Source: Octopus bimaculoides | Lineage: Eukaryota | Reading direction: 5' to 3' | Length of the DNA: 64,000 nt | Assembly (NCBI RefSeq): GCF_001194135.2 | Contig: NC_069006.1 | Coordinates: forward strand, 449,278 to 513,277 | Shown here: in pieces, positions 24,616-38,859 of the stretch | How the letters are laid out: the number at the start of each line of letters is the position of its first letter | How positions within the stretch are numbered: position 1 is the first letter of the stretch | Translations under genes and position numbers: made by a program | The notes under the pieces: generated by a model | Told to the model about the DNA's origin: nothing | Databases searched by the model: none | The model's input: only the letters and a program-made list of their open reading frames with translations

Positions 24616-25338
24616 CAACGTCTTACAACCTTTATAAGGTTCACAAAGCATCGAGTAGCAGTCACAATTTGGATACCAGACGCGAATCATGATGCAGGTA
24701 ACTCTTTTACAGTATTCAGCTGGCTTCTAGTCTTCCACCTCAGCTAACTTTTTCGTAACTACAACTTTTATCGTAATGATCTCTAACACTGTTGACAGCA
24801 AGCTGTCCCTGAATAAAGGAGACAGGAAAATTCGTCAAATTTCGTCCGAACATCCTGTAAGTCTGAATTCTCACATGAAACAACATGAACACTCTGAGTT
24901 AATGTCCTACAGAACTGCCAATGGTCGAAACGGCGTGAAAATCCAATATAATATAATATAATATAATATAATATACTATAATAACAAATAAAATTATATT
25001 CACAATATGCTACTGGCAACATGTAATATCTCATTGTAAACAACAGCCCTGTATCCAGAATTTGCAGCCCTGTCAAATAATTGCCATTGTAACAAAAGAT
25101 GAGAAATAAGGCGTCTTCAAAGAAATCTCGTCAACATTGGCTAAACAACTGTTTTACTGCTTACTTAAAGCTCATCTTGCCTTTATGAACAGCACAAGTC
25201 CAGAGAAATGGTGACCATTCACATTTTACTTTGAACTAAATCGGTTTTTCGAACAAAACAGGAGATTGGACATTATGATCATTTGTATATCAACTAATCC
25301 GATTAGTACAATAATATGCGAGCGCACACACACATATT

Positions 25339-25939
25339 TATTAGGGGTAGCGAAAAACAATGTCGCATTTTATATTATGAAATTAAATCAGCACAAACAT
25401 ATCGTAAATGTATTTATTCATTCAAAATATAATCGACATCGTTAACAATAACATTTCCCCACCTCAAAACTAGCTTTCTGATATATCGGGTAACAAAAAG
25501 TCAGGTTCTTTAGAACGCTGTTTCGACATCGTCCCTGCTTCTAGATGTCTTTCCCCTAATAAGATGTTCCACTGATCTGAATAAGCAAAATATCTCATTG
25601 TGCAACGCCTGTTAAGTATGGAGGGTGAAGTAGAGCTTCGCAGCAAAATGAATGTATTTTTCCTTCGGTTATTTTCACTGAATGTCGCCTTGCATTATCA
25701 TGAAGTAACAACTTCCTTTACTCTATGCGTTTTTATAATCTACTTGAGATGGTTTTGCACAGCAGACCAAAGTTTATGAAGCGTCTGCAATAAGAGCTTG
25801 ATGCTTTGACGCGGGACCTCTTCAATTGCTCTTTCCCCCGCGTCATTATTGAGACTAGCGGGTCTTCTTCATTGATACCCGTTCGAAAGATCGAAATCTC
25901 CGTTATTGAATTTGTTAAACCATAGCAATGTCATTTCGG
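25339..25939 (-). mobile_element. Internally deleted mariner
   Basis: Minus strand WFNKFNNGDFDL...RRPASLNND (HTH linker) is fused to LLHDNARRH...LHPPY...RWE..VND.DYI. A TIR-like end tattaggggtagcgaaaaa lies at 25339. Confidence 0.75.
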
Positions 25940-26002
<63 letters not shown>

Positions 26003-26441
26003 GCAAAACATCAAATACATAATTTTTCCGCTGCACGTGTTGTATTGTAGCCCTTACGGAATGGGGAGCTCACAGAAGTCCTTCTCGTCCATGGGCTATC
26101 ACAGAGAGTATACACACGCACAGAACGTATCGACATTAACTTCATGCTGATTACAGGGGCACATTTTATTGGCTGTAAACTATTTGTGGTTATGACGTCA
26201 GACTATTTACTTCAAAATACATTACTTTGCGGTACACTATATATGTACACACGCTCGCGCACACAACATTTATACATGCATACATGCATGAATATCTACA
26301 CACACACCCGTAGACATATAAATTTTTTTACATATATTTATATATACATACCTATTTATATACATGCCGATATATATTATAATTTTTATATTATTCATAT
26401 ATTTTAGCAGTAAGTCCTTATGCATTGGTCAGCACTATGGG

Positions 26442-26481
<40 letters not shown>

Positions 26482-26716
26482 GGAAAAGTGCAACACCTGT
26501 TTAAATACAATAACCGGATGAATTACTGTATACGTTGAAGTAGAGTTGAATATTTAATCAAAACAGAGTCTTACTGAGCCTCCAATGAAGTTTCACGTGA
26601 ACGCTTCATCAGGCGACTGCTGAAGCGGAATCGTGAAACCCAAGCAAACACTGAACAAATACTATACACATAAATATATAGTATGTATGCATATATGTAT
26701 TTATGTATTATGTATG

Positions 26717-26747
<31 letters not shown>

Positions 26748-27175
26748 TATGCATTTATGTGTGTGTGTGTGTCTGTGTTATTACAAAGAAAATCAAAGAC
26801 TCATTCGACTTAATTAAATTTTACAATAAACTTTATCTATTTTATTTTTTAGCGTTTTTGCTTTTCTTTTTCTTCGCTTTTTCTCTCTCCAATTATTGTT
26901 TGTTATGTTTTATTTGTTGTTAATTATCCTTCGTTCCCCACTCCTCTCCTGCCCCCACACCAACGAAGTATCCAATTAACAAATCTTCATCTTAATCATA
27001 TCCATAGCCCGTCCCCACCCTCCTTTCCACCTGACCCACACTGCCTCCTCCCTCCCATCACATACCTCTCCACCACTCCAACCAGCAAACCAATCAATCA
27101 CTTGCTTTCAATTACACATACTTGTTACATGCGCACACACGTACACACGGAGTATTCACACACTGATAGAGGCAG

Positions 27176-27222
<47 letters not shown>

Positions 27223-28487
27223 CACGGACGCACACGGACACACACACACACGGACATGGACGTACACGGACACACACACACAAGGGGATGCAGTCACACA
27301 CACACACAGAGAATGGCAATCACAAACATGCACACAATCTCTCTNNNNNNNNNNNNNNNNNNNNNNNNNNNNNNNNNNNNNNNNNNNNNNNNNNNNNNNN
27401 NNNNNNNNNNNNNNNNNNNNNNNNNNNNNNNNNNNNNNNNNNNNNNNNNNNNNNNNNNNNNNNNNNNNNNNNNNNNNNNNNNNNNNNNNNNNNNNNNNNN
27501 NNNNNNNNNNNNNNNNNNNNNNNNNNNNNNNNNNNNNNNNNNNNNNNNNNNNNNNNNNNNNNNNNNNNNNNNNNNNNNNNNNNNNNNNNNNNNNNNNNNN
27601 NNNNNNNNNNNNNNNNNNNNNNNNNNNNNNNNNNNNNNNNNNNNNNNNNNNNNNNNNNNNNNNNNNNNNNNNNNNNNNNNNNNNNNNNNNNNNNNNNNNN
27701 NNNNNNNNNNNNNNNNNNNNNNNNNNNNNNNNNNNNNNNNNNNNNNNNNNNNNNNNNNNNNNNNNNNNNNNNNNNNNNNNNNNNNNNNNNNNNATACATA
27801 AAGTGAGGCATGCCATCCCCACAACCACCAACCCACACACACATACGCTTTTTATTTCATACACCACCAGTCACTGTTCGGAACTGTCGTTCACACTTCA
27901 CCACACACACACACACACACACGCACACACACACACGCACACACACACACACACACACGCACGCACACACACTCATGTAATAACGGATGCAAATTCGCAT
28001 ACCTCATTATTAACACACACACACACACACGTCCTAGCTCCACACACACACACACACACAATTTCAGAACCACCTCATCCACACTTGGTCATTTACACCT
28101 CGCTACATTTCCGCTCCGCACGCATGCACACACACAAACACTCACACACACAGACATTCTCTCTCTCTCTCTCTCACACACACACGCAGACACACGCACA
28201 AACACGTACTTCTTTCATATAACTCACCTCGCAACACTCAGGATTACGGTGAAGAATCCTCCCTGTGGCCACTCAGCTTGCAGAAATAGCAGCCAAACTT
28301 ACTTCAAGTTCCCCGCTCCCTGTTATCTTAAGCATAGCCGTCATTCGCAACCGAGTGTGATGACTCGGTAACATGTACCATGCTTTCGCTAACTCTTTTA
28401 GGTGCTTGTGTAAGTTGCGTGCATACATAGACATGCTTCTCGATCCAACGAGTCTTGTCTCAACAAAACATCGAAGATATGACAGGT

Positions 28488-28542
<55 letters not shown>

Positions 28543-28984
28543 GTGTGTGTGTGTGTGTGTGCGTGTGAGTGAGAAGGGATAGAGAGATGGAGAAAACGAG
28601 GCAGGGGAGAGAAGAGAGTGAGAGAGAAAGTTTCACCACAAGGCTGGTACTCATTTTTCGGTGAGCAACATGAAAAGAAGTACCTGGCTGAAGGACACAA
28701 TGCACAGCTCTTTCTTAAAGAATCAAGTCCATCCATACTCTTACAATCGTGGAAGCCACCATGCTAACGACTGGTCACATGACGCTCCCTTAATAAAACA
28801 AATACTCATCTGTAGGTGCCACTCTTGCTTGCTAACAAAGATATTGTTTTCCCCTGAAATAAATAAATTTCTTTGAAATTAATTACCAATTCCTTAAAAT
28901 TCTCTATTCATTTTTACCATTTGCAAATCACCGCTGCCACTGTTTTTTACTTCTTCCTTTAATTTCTTTCTTCAGCTAACAAAA

Positions 28985-29520
28985 TGGAATGGCAGATTCC
29001 TTAGAACATAGAGTGGAAAGCCTTGCAACATTTGTTCTGACACTCTGAGCTCTGAATTCAAATACCGCCGAAGTCAACTTTGCCTTTCATATATTTCCAG
29101 GGCACATTTTAAGAAAAGTGCCGATCCAAGGCGGTAGACTAGGGGACCTGTAACAAGGTCAGATCGAATTCCTTGCAGCATTTGTTCGGAGACCCTGCGC
29201 TCTAAGTTCAAATCCTACCATGGTCAAATTTAACTGTTCATATTTTAAAGGTCGATAAAAAACGTGTTACACCAAGATGGTGGATCGACGGACTGTAAAA
29301 AGGATAAATCGGAAGACTGGTTATCTTGCAGTATTTGTCCCTGTCCCTTCACTCCGAGGTTAACTTTGCCTTTCAACTTTTCAGAATAAATAAAGATGGC
29401 CTAATTCAGTGCGATGGTTTGGCGGAACTGTAAGAACGTTGGACCAGATGCCTTGCGGTATTTCTTTCTGCTTTTTCAGTTTTTGAGTTCAAATGCCACC
29501 ATAGCATATTTTGATAGATA
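28985..29520 (+). mobile_element. Four head-to-tail decayed family A-like SINE monomers
   Basis: Recurrent ccttgc.g.atttgt...ctgagttcaaat..c.cc..ggt.aactt motifs at roughly 140-bp spacing. Confidence 0.55.
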
Positions 29521-31649
29521 GACATAATTCGTCGGTTTACCATCATCACCTGACATCTTAAATGTCTTTAACGGAGTCCAATTTGTTGCAAGTTTTCGAG
29601 CATGGTCTATAGATATCTTCCCCTTCCACGAATCTCAGAGATCCCGCAAAGGATCATGGACACTGCCTTATATTCCGAGGACAGAATAAACTTTTTTCTA
29701 AATTTCAATTTACTAGAAAGTTTTCTGCACGACATTTATTACATCTTCAACTACCTGATTTTTTTTCTGATTAAAGTAACTTCATATCATTGGTTAGTTA
29801 TTTGCCTTAGCAATGTAGTTTCTTTTTTTTTGGGTGGGGGGGTGCAGTATATCGCATTTTGGTTAATTTATAGATTAGGTTAGTTGAATTATTTCCTTTA
29901 GATAGGGTTTTTTAAAAAGACTACAGCAGACTGTGAACAACTGCAGGTTCTTCTACACGACACAACTCTTGAGTTATTTCCCTTAGTTATGTTTGTTTAT
30001 ATATTTATTATCTGTAACCACAAAAATTCAACAGATGTGAACAGTCGCAGATACTCTTACATGACACCAAACTACTCCCACGTAATCTCTAACAAAACAA
30101 AACAAAAAATCTTCTTGTATTCATGATGATATTGAAGCCTTCCACACGAAACATCGTTGACTGTGTCTATCTGACTAACAAGAAAACCACTGTCACGCTG
30201 TGTCCTCCCTCCATTTATTTCACCGTCACTACACTCGTTTCTTTGTTAGTTTCTTTCTTTCTTCCATCCTATCTTTCGTTCTACCATATATTTCGCCGAC
30301 ATCATTAAGTTAGCGGGAGTTAGTTCTGAAGACTTCTATCAGAAAATACACCACTACGAAATAACGAAGTTGTAAAGAAAAAAAAACCAGCGCGTTTCTC
30401 TCCGTCTTCTTCTCTCTTCCTCCACACACACACACACACACACATTTATATATACTCACATGCATACATATTTATATACACTTATATACACATACATGTA
30501 CTTTATAAATATATATATATGTGTGTGTGTACATATGAATATGTATGTATATATGTTTTCAGACATATATACACATATACATACATATATTACGTATTTC
30601 GCTATACCTATATTTTACACAAACACACACACATAAACATATGTATACACATATATACACAATACACAGAAGCCTACCCGCGTAATCTCTTTCATTCTGT
30701 TTTCCCCTCCCACAGTCTCTCACACATACAAAAACACGCAAGGCCATGTCATCTCTTTCTCTCTATATGAATGTATGTACACACACCACGCGCGCAGACA
30801 CACACGCACACACCACGCGCGCAGACACACACGCACACACACACACACATCTGCCACGCTTTGTATACATCAAACCCACAGCAAAAAAAAAAAAACGACG
30901 AATAAAAACTACATCCAAAACGAGTAGAAAATCCCTCGCAAATCGCACACCTCCCCGCTCGCCCCCCTCCGTCACACACGTCACACATCACCTTGCCTTA
31001 TCTATGTCAATTCAGATGTTAAACAACTTAATCTCCGCTTTTTGATATCAATACTTGTCCAACTAATCATCCACTCCGCTTTTCCAGAATGTCGTAAATT
31101 TCTAATATACGCCATTTTGTCTTTTTTATATTTCGTACTTTTTTGTTGTTGTTATTATTGTTGCTGATATTGTGGTTGTTGTGTGTCCTTGTTGCTGTTG
31201 CTGGTGGTGGTAATGAGGTGTTGTTGTTGCTGTTGTATTTGGTGATCATGATGCTGTTGTTGTTGTTGGTGTTGCTGTTGTTGCTGGTGTTGGCGGTGGG
31301 GTGTTTTTCTTCAGTGGATGATGTCATTATTGACGCTTTCAATTCATCTTTAATTACATACACAAAGAATTTATTGTTGTTGTTCTTGTTGTAGTTAATT
31401 CCCAAGTAAGCTTTGATTGTGAGCAGAACATTGATCAAAGAAAGACATGCCACCCATGGCTATCCTGCCTTACTTGCAGGAGTCAACTTCCGAATACATT
31501 CAAGCAGTGGAACATTTTGATCAAGGAATTAAGAGGCAGTTTGAAAAATATTTTACTGCTTTTTCTAGCAATACGATGGACCACATGTCTGTCTTTTGTT
31601 GTTGTTTTTGCTGTTGGATGAGTGGTGTTAGGTAGGATGACAAACACTG

Positions 31650-31677
<28 letters not shown>

Positions 31678-31680
<3 letters not shown>

Positions 31681-31817
31681 GCTTGCTTACGATCCACATG
31701 GTTCCGGGTTCAGTCCCACTGCGTGGCACCTTGGGCAAGTGTCTTCTACTATAGCCTCGGGCCGACCAAAGCCTTATAAGTGGATCTGGTAGACGGAAAC
31801 TGAAAGAAACCCGTCGA

Positions 31818-31853
<36 letters not shown>

Positions 31854-31866
31854 TTCTCCCCCCCCC
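31678..31866 (+). mobile_element. SINE family B 5' half, gap at the internal microsatellite
   Basis: High identity to 19890-20075. Confidence 0.85.
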
Positions 31867-32535
31867 NNNNNNNNNNNNNNNNNNNNNNNNNNNNNNNNNN
31901 NNNNNNNNNNNNNNNNNNNNNNNNNNNNNNNNNNNNNNNNNNNNNNNNNNNNNNNNNNNNNNNNNNNNNNNNNNNNNNNNNNNNNNNNNNNNNNNNNNNN
32001 NNNNNNNNNNNNNNNNNNNNNNNNNNNNNNNNNNNNNNNNNNNNNNNNNNNNNNNNNNNNNNNNNNNNNNNNNNNNNNNNNNNNNNNNNNNNNNNNNNNN
32101 NNNNNNNNNNNNNNNNNNNNNNNNNNNNNNNNNNNNNNNNNNNNNNNNNNNNNNNNNNNNNNNNNNNNNNNNNNNNNNNNNNNNNNNNNNNNNNNNNNNN
32201 NNNNNNNNNNNNNNNNNNNNNNNNNNNNNNNNNNNNNNNNNNNNNNNNNNNNNNNNNNNNNNNNNNNNNNNNNNNNNNNNNNNNNNNNNNNNNNNNNNNN
32301 NNNNNNNNNNNNNNNNNNNNNNNNNNNNNNNNNNNNNNNNNNNNNNNNNNNNNNNNNNNNNNNNNNNNNNNNNNNNNNNNNNNNNNNNNNNNNNNNNNNN
32401 NNNNNNNNNNNNNNNNNNNNNNNNNNNNNNNNNNNNNNNNNNNCCCCCCCCCCGCCATTGCCACAACACCATAACGTCATACTATTAACACTTTTGACCT
32501 AAGTATGTAGATATCTCTAACAGAACAAATGAGCT

Positions 32536-32590
<55 letters not shown>

Positions 32591-32954
32591 ATATGTATAA
32601 AAGCCGGGTGGGAAGTTGTTTATATAATGTATATCATAAATATCTACGTATAACTGTGTGTGTGTGTAAGCGTGTTTGAATGTATTTTGTGTGCGTTTAT
32701 GTTTTGGTGTGAGGCTTTCTATAGACGTATATTTATAAACATTTAATATATAAAATGTATATATATGTATAATACATATAAACATTATACATGCACACAC
32801 ACACACACACACACACACATACATACACATTATGTATAATTTGTTTTTTTAGGTGCAGGCACGGAGTTCCGTTGTAAAGCTTGGGTTCAGTTCCAATGAG
32901 CGGCAAATGTCTTGTACTATAAGTAGGTAGGTAGGTAGGTATGTATATATATGA

Positions 32955-33223
32955 TAACGGCGCTTTTTTTAAAAAGTCACAAGCTTTGCTGAACATAGGA
33001 GCTAAAACATTCGGAAACCACAAAAGTTAACGAATTAAAGATTGCTTCTTACCTCTGCAAAAATGCAAGAAGGAATGTCAGTTAACTTGATATCATGATA
33101 TCGAATTTATCGCCAAAATCATGCCGATGTAAATATAGGGTTAACTTTTGTGGCTTCGGAGTGTTTTAACTCCTATGTTCAGCAAAGCTGGCGTCTTTTT
33201 TTTTTAAAAAAGCGCCCTTGTTA
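32955..33223. mobile_element. MITE with ~80-bp TIRs, TA-flanked
   Basis: 32955-33031 is the reverse complement of 33140-33223 (agctttgctgaacataggag.taaaaca.tc.gaa.ccacaaaagttaac), with a 108-bp spacer. Confidence 0.85.
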
Positions 33224-33648
33224 TATATAATTCATTTTTATATTTATCTAATAATTTTGCTAATACGGCTTTAGCTTGCGGCCACAGCTTGTCTGAGTGG
33301 TTTGGGGTTGCCTGTGAATGACTGCCGAGAGCAGAAAATTACAAAATAGTGAAGGGCTATAACATTTTCCTTGAAGTGTGTGCTATGAAAAGTGTCAACC
33401 GACAGATCGATAATTTATAGGAAGGAAATAGGTGAAGCTTTACCGAAACTTGGAGGTGATATCGTGAAGCTCAGATAGATCTCTAAGAAACGAAGAGAAA
33501 TGGTAAGAAAATGAAACAGAGAATTGTCAAAACGAACCAGACAGATACAAAGCCAAAGATGTACGTGTACCAGTGTGTGTGTATGCGAGTATCCTATATA
33601 TCCATGCGTGCGTGTGGGTGTGTATGATGAGGCTGAATGTTATATATG

Positions 33649-33740
<92 letters not shown>

Positions 33741-35201
33741 GCATTTCTTGCTAATTTGCCATTATCAGTGCCAGGTACGATAAAAAGAGAGACAACCTTC
33801 GAATGACTTTGGAAACCATGGCTTCCTTATAGGTGTTACCTAAAGCAAGGCTGTTTTCCACGGTAAACCGCAGTGACGATAGCCTTTTTACAGGTCAAAT
33901 ATGTCTCAAGCAAATGACAACTGATTAAAAACCCTATTTACACAATACTGCTTCATGTGCATTTTGTATAATTTATTCGAACCTGGCGGCTGATCGCACG
34001 CATCAATAAATATTCCTTACTAATTATCCGTAAGAAAGCCCTAACTGCCAAAATTCTCTCAGGGTTGTGTCTCTTTTGAGGTACCTAGTTGTAATGACAG
34101 CCAAATAGCTCGCACCGAGATGACTGTTGGTGTTTTAAAACCTGTTACCTCAAGCAAGAATCTTCTGGACGGGAAACCGCCGTGAAAATGGCCTTTTTAT
34201 ACGCCAAATATTTCACAAACCCAAACACATATACACATATGTATGAAAGTAATGCATGTCTGCGTATATATGAAGATATGTCTGCTTATGTGTGTGAATA
34301 ATTATGCGTACATAAATAAAAGATGATGCGGGTGGAAAAGAAGAAAAAAGAAGTGATAAAGAAAGAAAAGAAAGACGGACGCAGTAAATGAAAACAAGTA
34401 CAGCGAAACAAGTACAANNNNNNNNNNNNNNNNNNNNNNNNNNNNNNNNNNNNNNNNNNNNNNNNNNNNNNNNNNNNNNNNNNNNNNNNNNNNNNNNNNN
34501 NNNNNNNNNNNNNNNNNNNNNNNNNNNNNNNNNNNNNNNNNNNNNNNNNNNNNNNNNNNNNNNNNNNNNNNNNNNNNNNNNNNNNNNNNNNNNNNNNNNN
34601 NNNNNNNNNNNNNNNNNNNNNNNNNNNNNNNNNNNNNNNNNNNNNNNNNNNNNNNNNNNNNNNNNNNNNNNNNNNNNNNNNNNNNNNNNNNNNNNNNNNN
34701 NNNNNNNNNNNNNNNNNNNNNNNNNNNNNNNNNNNNNNNNNNNNNNNNNNNNNNNNNNNNNNNNNNNNNNNNNNNNNNNNNNNNNNNNNNNNNNNNNNNN
34801 NNNNNNNNNNNNNNNNNNNNNNNNNNNNNNNNNNNNNNNNNNNNNNNNNNNNNNNNNNNNNNNNNNNNNNNNNNNNNNNNNNNNNNNNNNNNNNNNNNNN
34901 NNNNNNNNNNNNNNNNNNNNNNNNNNNNNNNNNNNNNNNNNNNNNNNNNNNNNNNNNNNNNNNNNNNNNNNNNNNNNNNNNNNNNNNNNNNNNNNNTATA
35001 TATATATGTATGGATATATAAAACGAAAACAGAATACGTATATGTATATATGTGCATAGATTTATATAGAAATATATCTTCATAAATGTGTATACATATA
35101 TGCAAACACACATATATATGTTTGTGTGAGTGTGCAAATATACATATTTGCTATATATACGCATAAACGCGTTTATATGCACGTATATATGCATGCATAT
35201 A

Positions 35202-35274
<73 letters not shown>

Positions 35275-35383
35275 GTACATATACACATATATAAGTATAC
35301 ATATAATGTGTAGATATATGTATATGCATAAGCATATAAAAGCGCACAATATATACATACATATAAACATACATATAGGTGCG

Positions 35384-35433
<50 letters not shown>

Positions 35434-35880
35434 AAGATACACACACACACATTTATACATGTCTATATACACACATATATAGAGATATGTTTGTGAGAGT
35501 GTCTATACATATGTATTGATTTCACAATGCCATGTCAATCCACATTATGCCTGTATATTTCTCACAAAACAATCATTATTTCAGCCAGACGCACCTGCTG
35601 TATTTTTACATATATAAAAATACTGAAACATTATTAATTCCTCGCCTTTGAAATTAATAAAACAGAAAAAAGTTCTTGTTTTAGTGAGTTATGACACGCT
35701 GTAAACTAGAATATACTTTGCTAGTCAGTTGAAATTCCATCACTGAATATATGAATATATACATGCATGCATACACACATACATACATACGTATGTATAT
35801 TAGACACAGCTATATGTATCTACCTATATATATATATATATTTGCTTATATCTCTCTTTATCTCTTTTCTACAGTATATG

Positions 35881-35931
<51 letters not shown>

Positions 35932-36747
35932 ATATGTATATATGTGTACATATATATATATATCTATACATATACACACATACATATACTTAAATATATA
36001 CACACACATATATATGTGTGTATATGCATATATATACATATATATATGTGTACATATATATATGTGTACATATATATGTGTACATATATATATGTGTACA
36101 TATATATATGTGTACATATATATATGTGTACATATATATATGTGNNNNNNNNNNNNNNNNNNNNNNNNNNNNNNNNNNNNNNNNNNNNNNNNNNNNNNNN
36201 NNNNNNNNNNNNNNNNNNNNNNNNNNNNNNNNNNNNNNNNNNNNNNNNNNNNNNNNNNNNNNNNNNNNNNNNNNNNNNNNNNNNNNNNNNNNNNNNNNNN
36301 NNNNNNNNNNNNNNNNNNNNNNNNNNNNNNNNNNNNNNNNNNNNNNNNNNNNNNNNNNNNNNNNNNNNNNNNNNNNNNNNNNNNNNNNNNNNNNNNNNNN
36401 NNNNNNNNNNNNNNNNNNNNNNNNNNNNNNNNNNNNNNNNNNNNNNNNNNNNNNNNNNNNNNNNNNNNNNNNNNNNNNNNNNNNNNNNNNNNNNNNNNNN
36501 NNNNNNNNNNNNNNNNNNNNNNNNNNNNNNNNNNNNNNNNNNNNNNNNNNNNNNNNNNNNNNNNNNNNNNNNNNNNNNNNNNNNNNNNNNNNNNNNNNNN
36601 NNNNNNNNNNNNNNNNNNNNNNNNNNNNNNNNNNNNNNNNNNNNNNNNNNNNNNNNNNNNNNNNNNNNNNNNNNNNNNNNNNNNNNNNNNNNNNNNNNNN
36701 NNNNNNNNNNNNNNNNNNNNNNNNNNNNNNNNNNNNNTATATATATA

Positions 36748-37689
36748 TATTATGTATACCTATAAGATAATGAAGTGTGAGAACTTACCCAATATTTTCC
36801 GAAGGTGGCAGAAGTGAAATAACGTCGGTATGAATAACCAAATATATATACAGGAAGTTAGCATAGTACGAGACAGGTAACCTCGTTCCCTTCCTGAGAA
36901 CGAGCGAGGCAGGTAACCTCGTACATCCTGTTGGTTCTTATTCAACGAAATTTGAGGAACACCAGCGAAATTATTCAACCAATGAGAAAGAAACCCTTGC
37001 TTTGTTATTGTCATTGCGACATTTTGACATATATTTGGGAACCACCAAGTATCCCATTGAAGTGTTCACCGACCGAAGAACAAAAATCAGAGATGAATGA
37101 GATGGAGTTTATCTTTGCAAGAACTTAATCTAAATATTCAACAAATTAGAGGTAAAGACAATGTCATTGCCGGTGCAATATCTCGAGTCAATCTCCTAAA
37201 TTTGTAAATAAGAAAGTTTTCACTGTGTTCAACTTTCTTCCTTTAAGTGGGGAGAATGTTATATATACCTGTAAGATAATGAACGGTGAGAACTTACCCT
37301 ATATTTTCCGAAGGTGGAGAGATAAACGTTTGTCAACGACCGTTTGGCAGAAATGAAAGAACGTCGGTATGAATAACCAAATATATATACAGGAAGTTAG
37401 CATAGTACGAGACAGGTAACCTCGTTCCCTTCCTGAGAACGAGCGAGGCAGGTAATCTCGTACTTCCTGTTAAAAAGGGGAGTGGGGAAGGCAGCTGGAG
37501 CTTGGCGCAGATAGAACCAGAACGAGACGGAGCTGCGTACGGGTCGGACCGTTCACCACCTACCTTGAAACCATTGAGACTGGACATAGTCTCCATATAT
37601 GAACATTTGCTTCCCTGTTTGAACACTTTGTTGTTGCGATCAGAAGTTTAACACTTTTTCTTACATTATTAATTTGTCTGATCGTAACA
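36748..37689 (+). mobile_element. Ty3/gypsy LTR retrotransposon remnant (partial 5' LTR, RNase H, PPT, 3' LTR)
   Basis: RNase H HPVGSYSTKFEEHQRNYSTNEKETLALLLSLRHFDIYLG...VFTD...RWSLSLQE...IRGKDNVIAGAISR, stop at 37205-37207. PPT aagtggggagaa at 37245-37256. LTR TGTTA..TAACA at 37257-37689. 36748-36932 duplicates the LTR 5' part. ATATA lies on both flanks. Confidence 0.9.
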
Positions 37690-37765
37690 ATATACATACA
37701 TATATATGTGTGTGTGTATATGTATATATGTATACATATATATATATTTGTGTGTGTATATGTAT

Positions 37766-37796
<31 letters not shown>

Positions 37797-38859
37797 CACA
37801 CACATTTATGTGTGTGTGAGTAGTTTTATGCATATATCTTTTTCTATCATCATATATCTGCCTATTGTACCCGCCCCATCTCTCTTTTTGGCTATGTATG
37901 TTTGCCTGTCTGCCTGCCTGCCTGTCTTTGCACCCCGAAACCAAAAATATATGGGAGTAGTTAAAACTGTAGAAGCAACATAAAACGAAAATTTAATATT
38001 AAAAGATCGGAGAGACAATTTTATAGATAATCCAATATGTCGACTCCTCAAAGAACTCCAAGACGAACTGGCTGTAGTAAAAAAATATATATTGAATCCT
38101 ATAAACTAAAACATCAGATAAAACAAGATATGTAATTCCAGCGTTGCTATAATTCGTCTTATAATCAAGATCTTAATGGGGGGAGCGGGCGTTAATATTA
38201 CGAGTTTCTTATTTGCGAATAAATTACAATTGTCCCCACAAACGTTGGTCTTTTACAACATGACTGCATATTAATGAGGCTGTTTTATAATGCACAATAT
38301 ATTGTCTTGAACGAATATATGCGAAGTGTATATCGAGTTTTAAAGATGTTCCCAATTAGCCCGATCTCTCTCTCTCTACACACACACACAAACATACACA
38401 TCTTACTTGCATCAGTCACTGGACTACAGCCATATCGGAGCCTGGAAGGATTTTAATTATGATGGCTCATTGAAAAACTAGTAACATAGTGAAAAATTTG
38501 ATACGGTGTTTTAGGTTTTATTCAGAAAGAGAATAACTCAGATTGCAGAACATTAAAAATTTTTCAAAAATCTTAATATTTGACCGAGATATACCATTTT
38601 TCTCAGTTAAGCTGACGCGACCCGGAAAATCGGGCTTTGTGAGAAAACAGTGTTCGGAGATGAGACACATCTGAGAACTAAACACTTTTCACAACTCCTG
38701 CCTTTTCTCAGTCATAAAATGCGTAGGAGTCCAGGTATCAAGCTATTGTCAGTTGCTAAACCCAGGATTTAAAAACATTTGGTATTGTTTTGAACCCCCG
38801 TTTATTTAGCGACCCACGTCTGTTTAGCAAGATCCGACGGTTTTCCCAGGTGGCATCTC

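Noticed and set aside
31480-31631. Plus-strand exon ESTSEYIQAVEHFDQGIKRQFEKYF...
   Set aside because: Splice sites are moderate, the 3' part is a TTG-type low-complexity run, and no homology was recognised.
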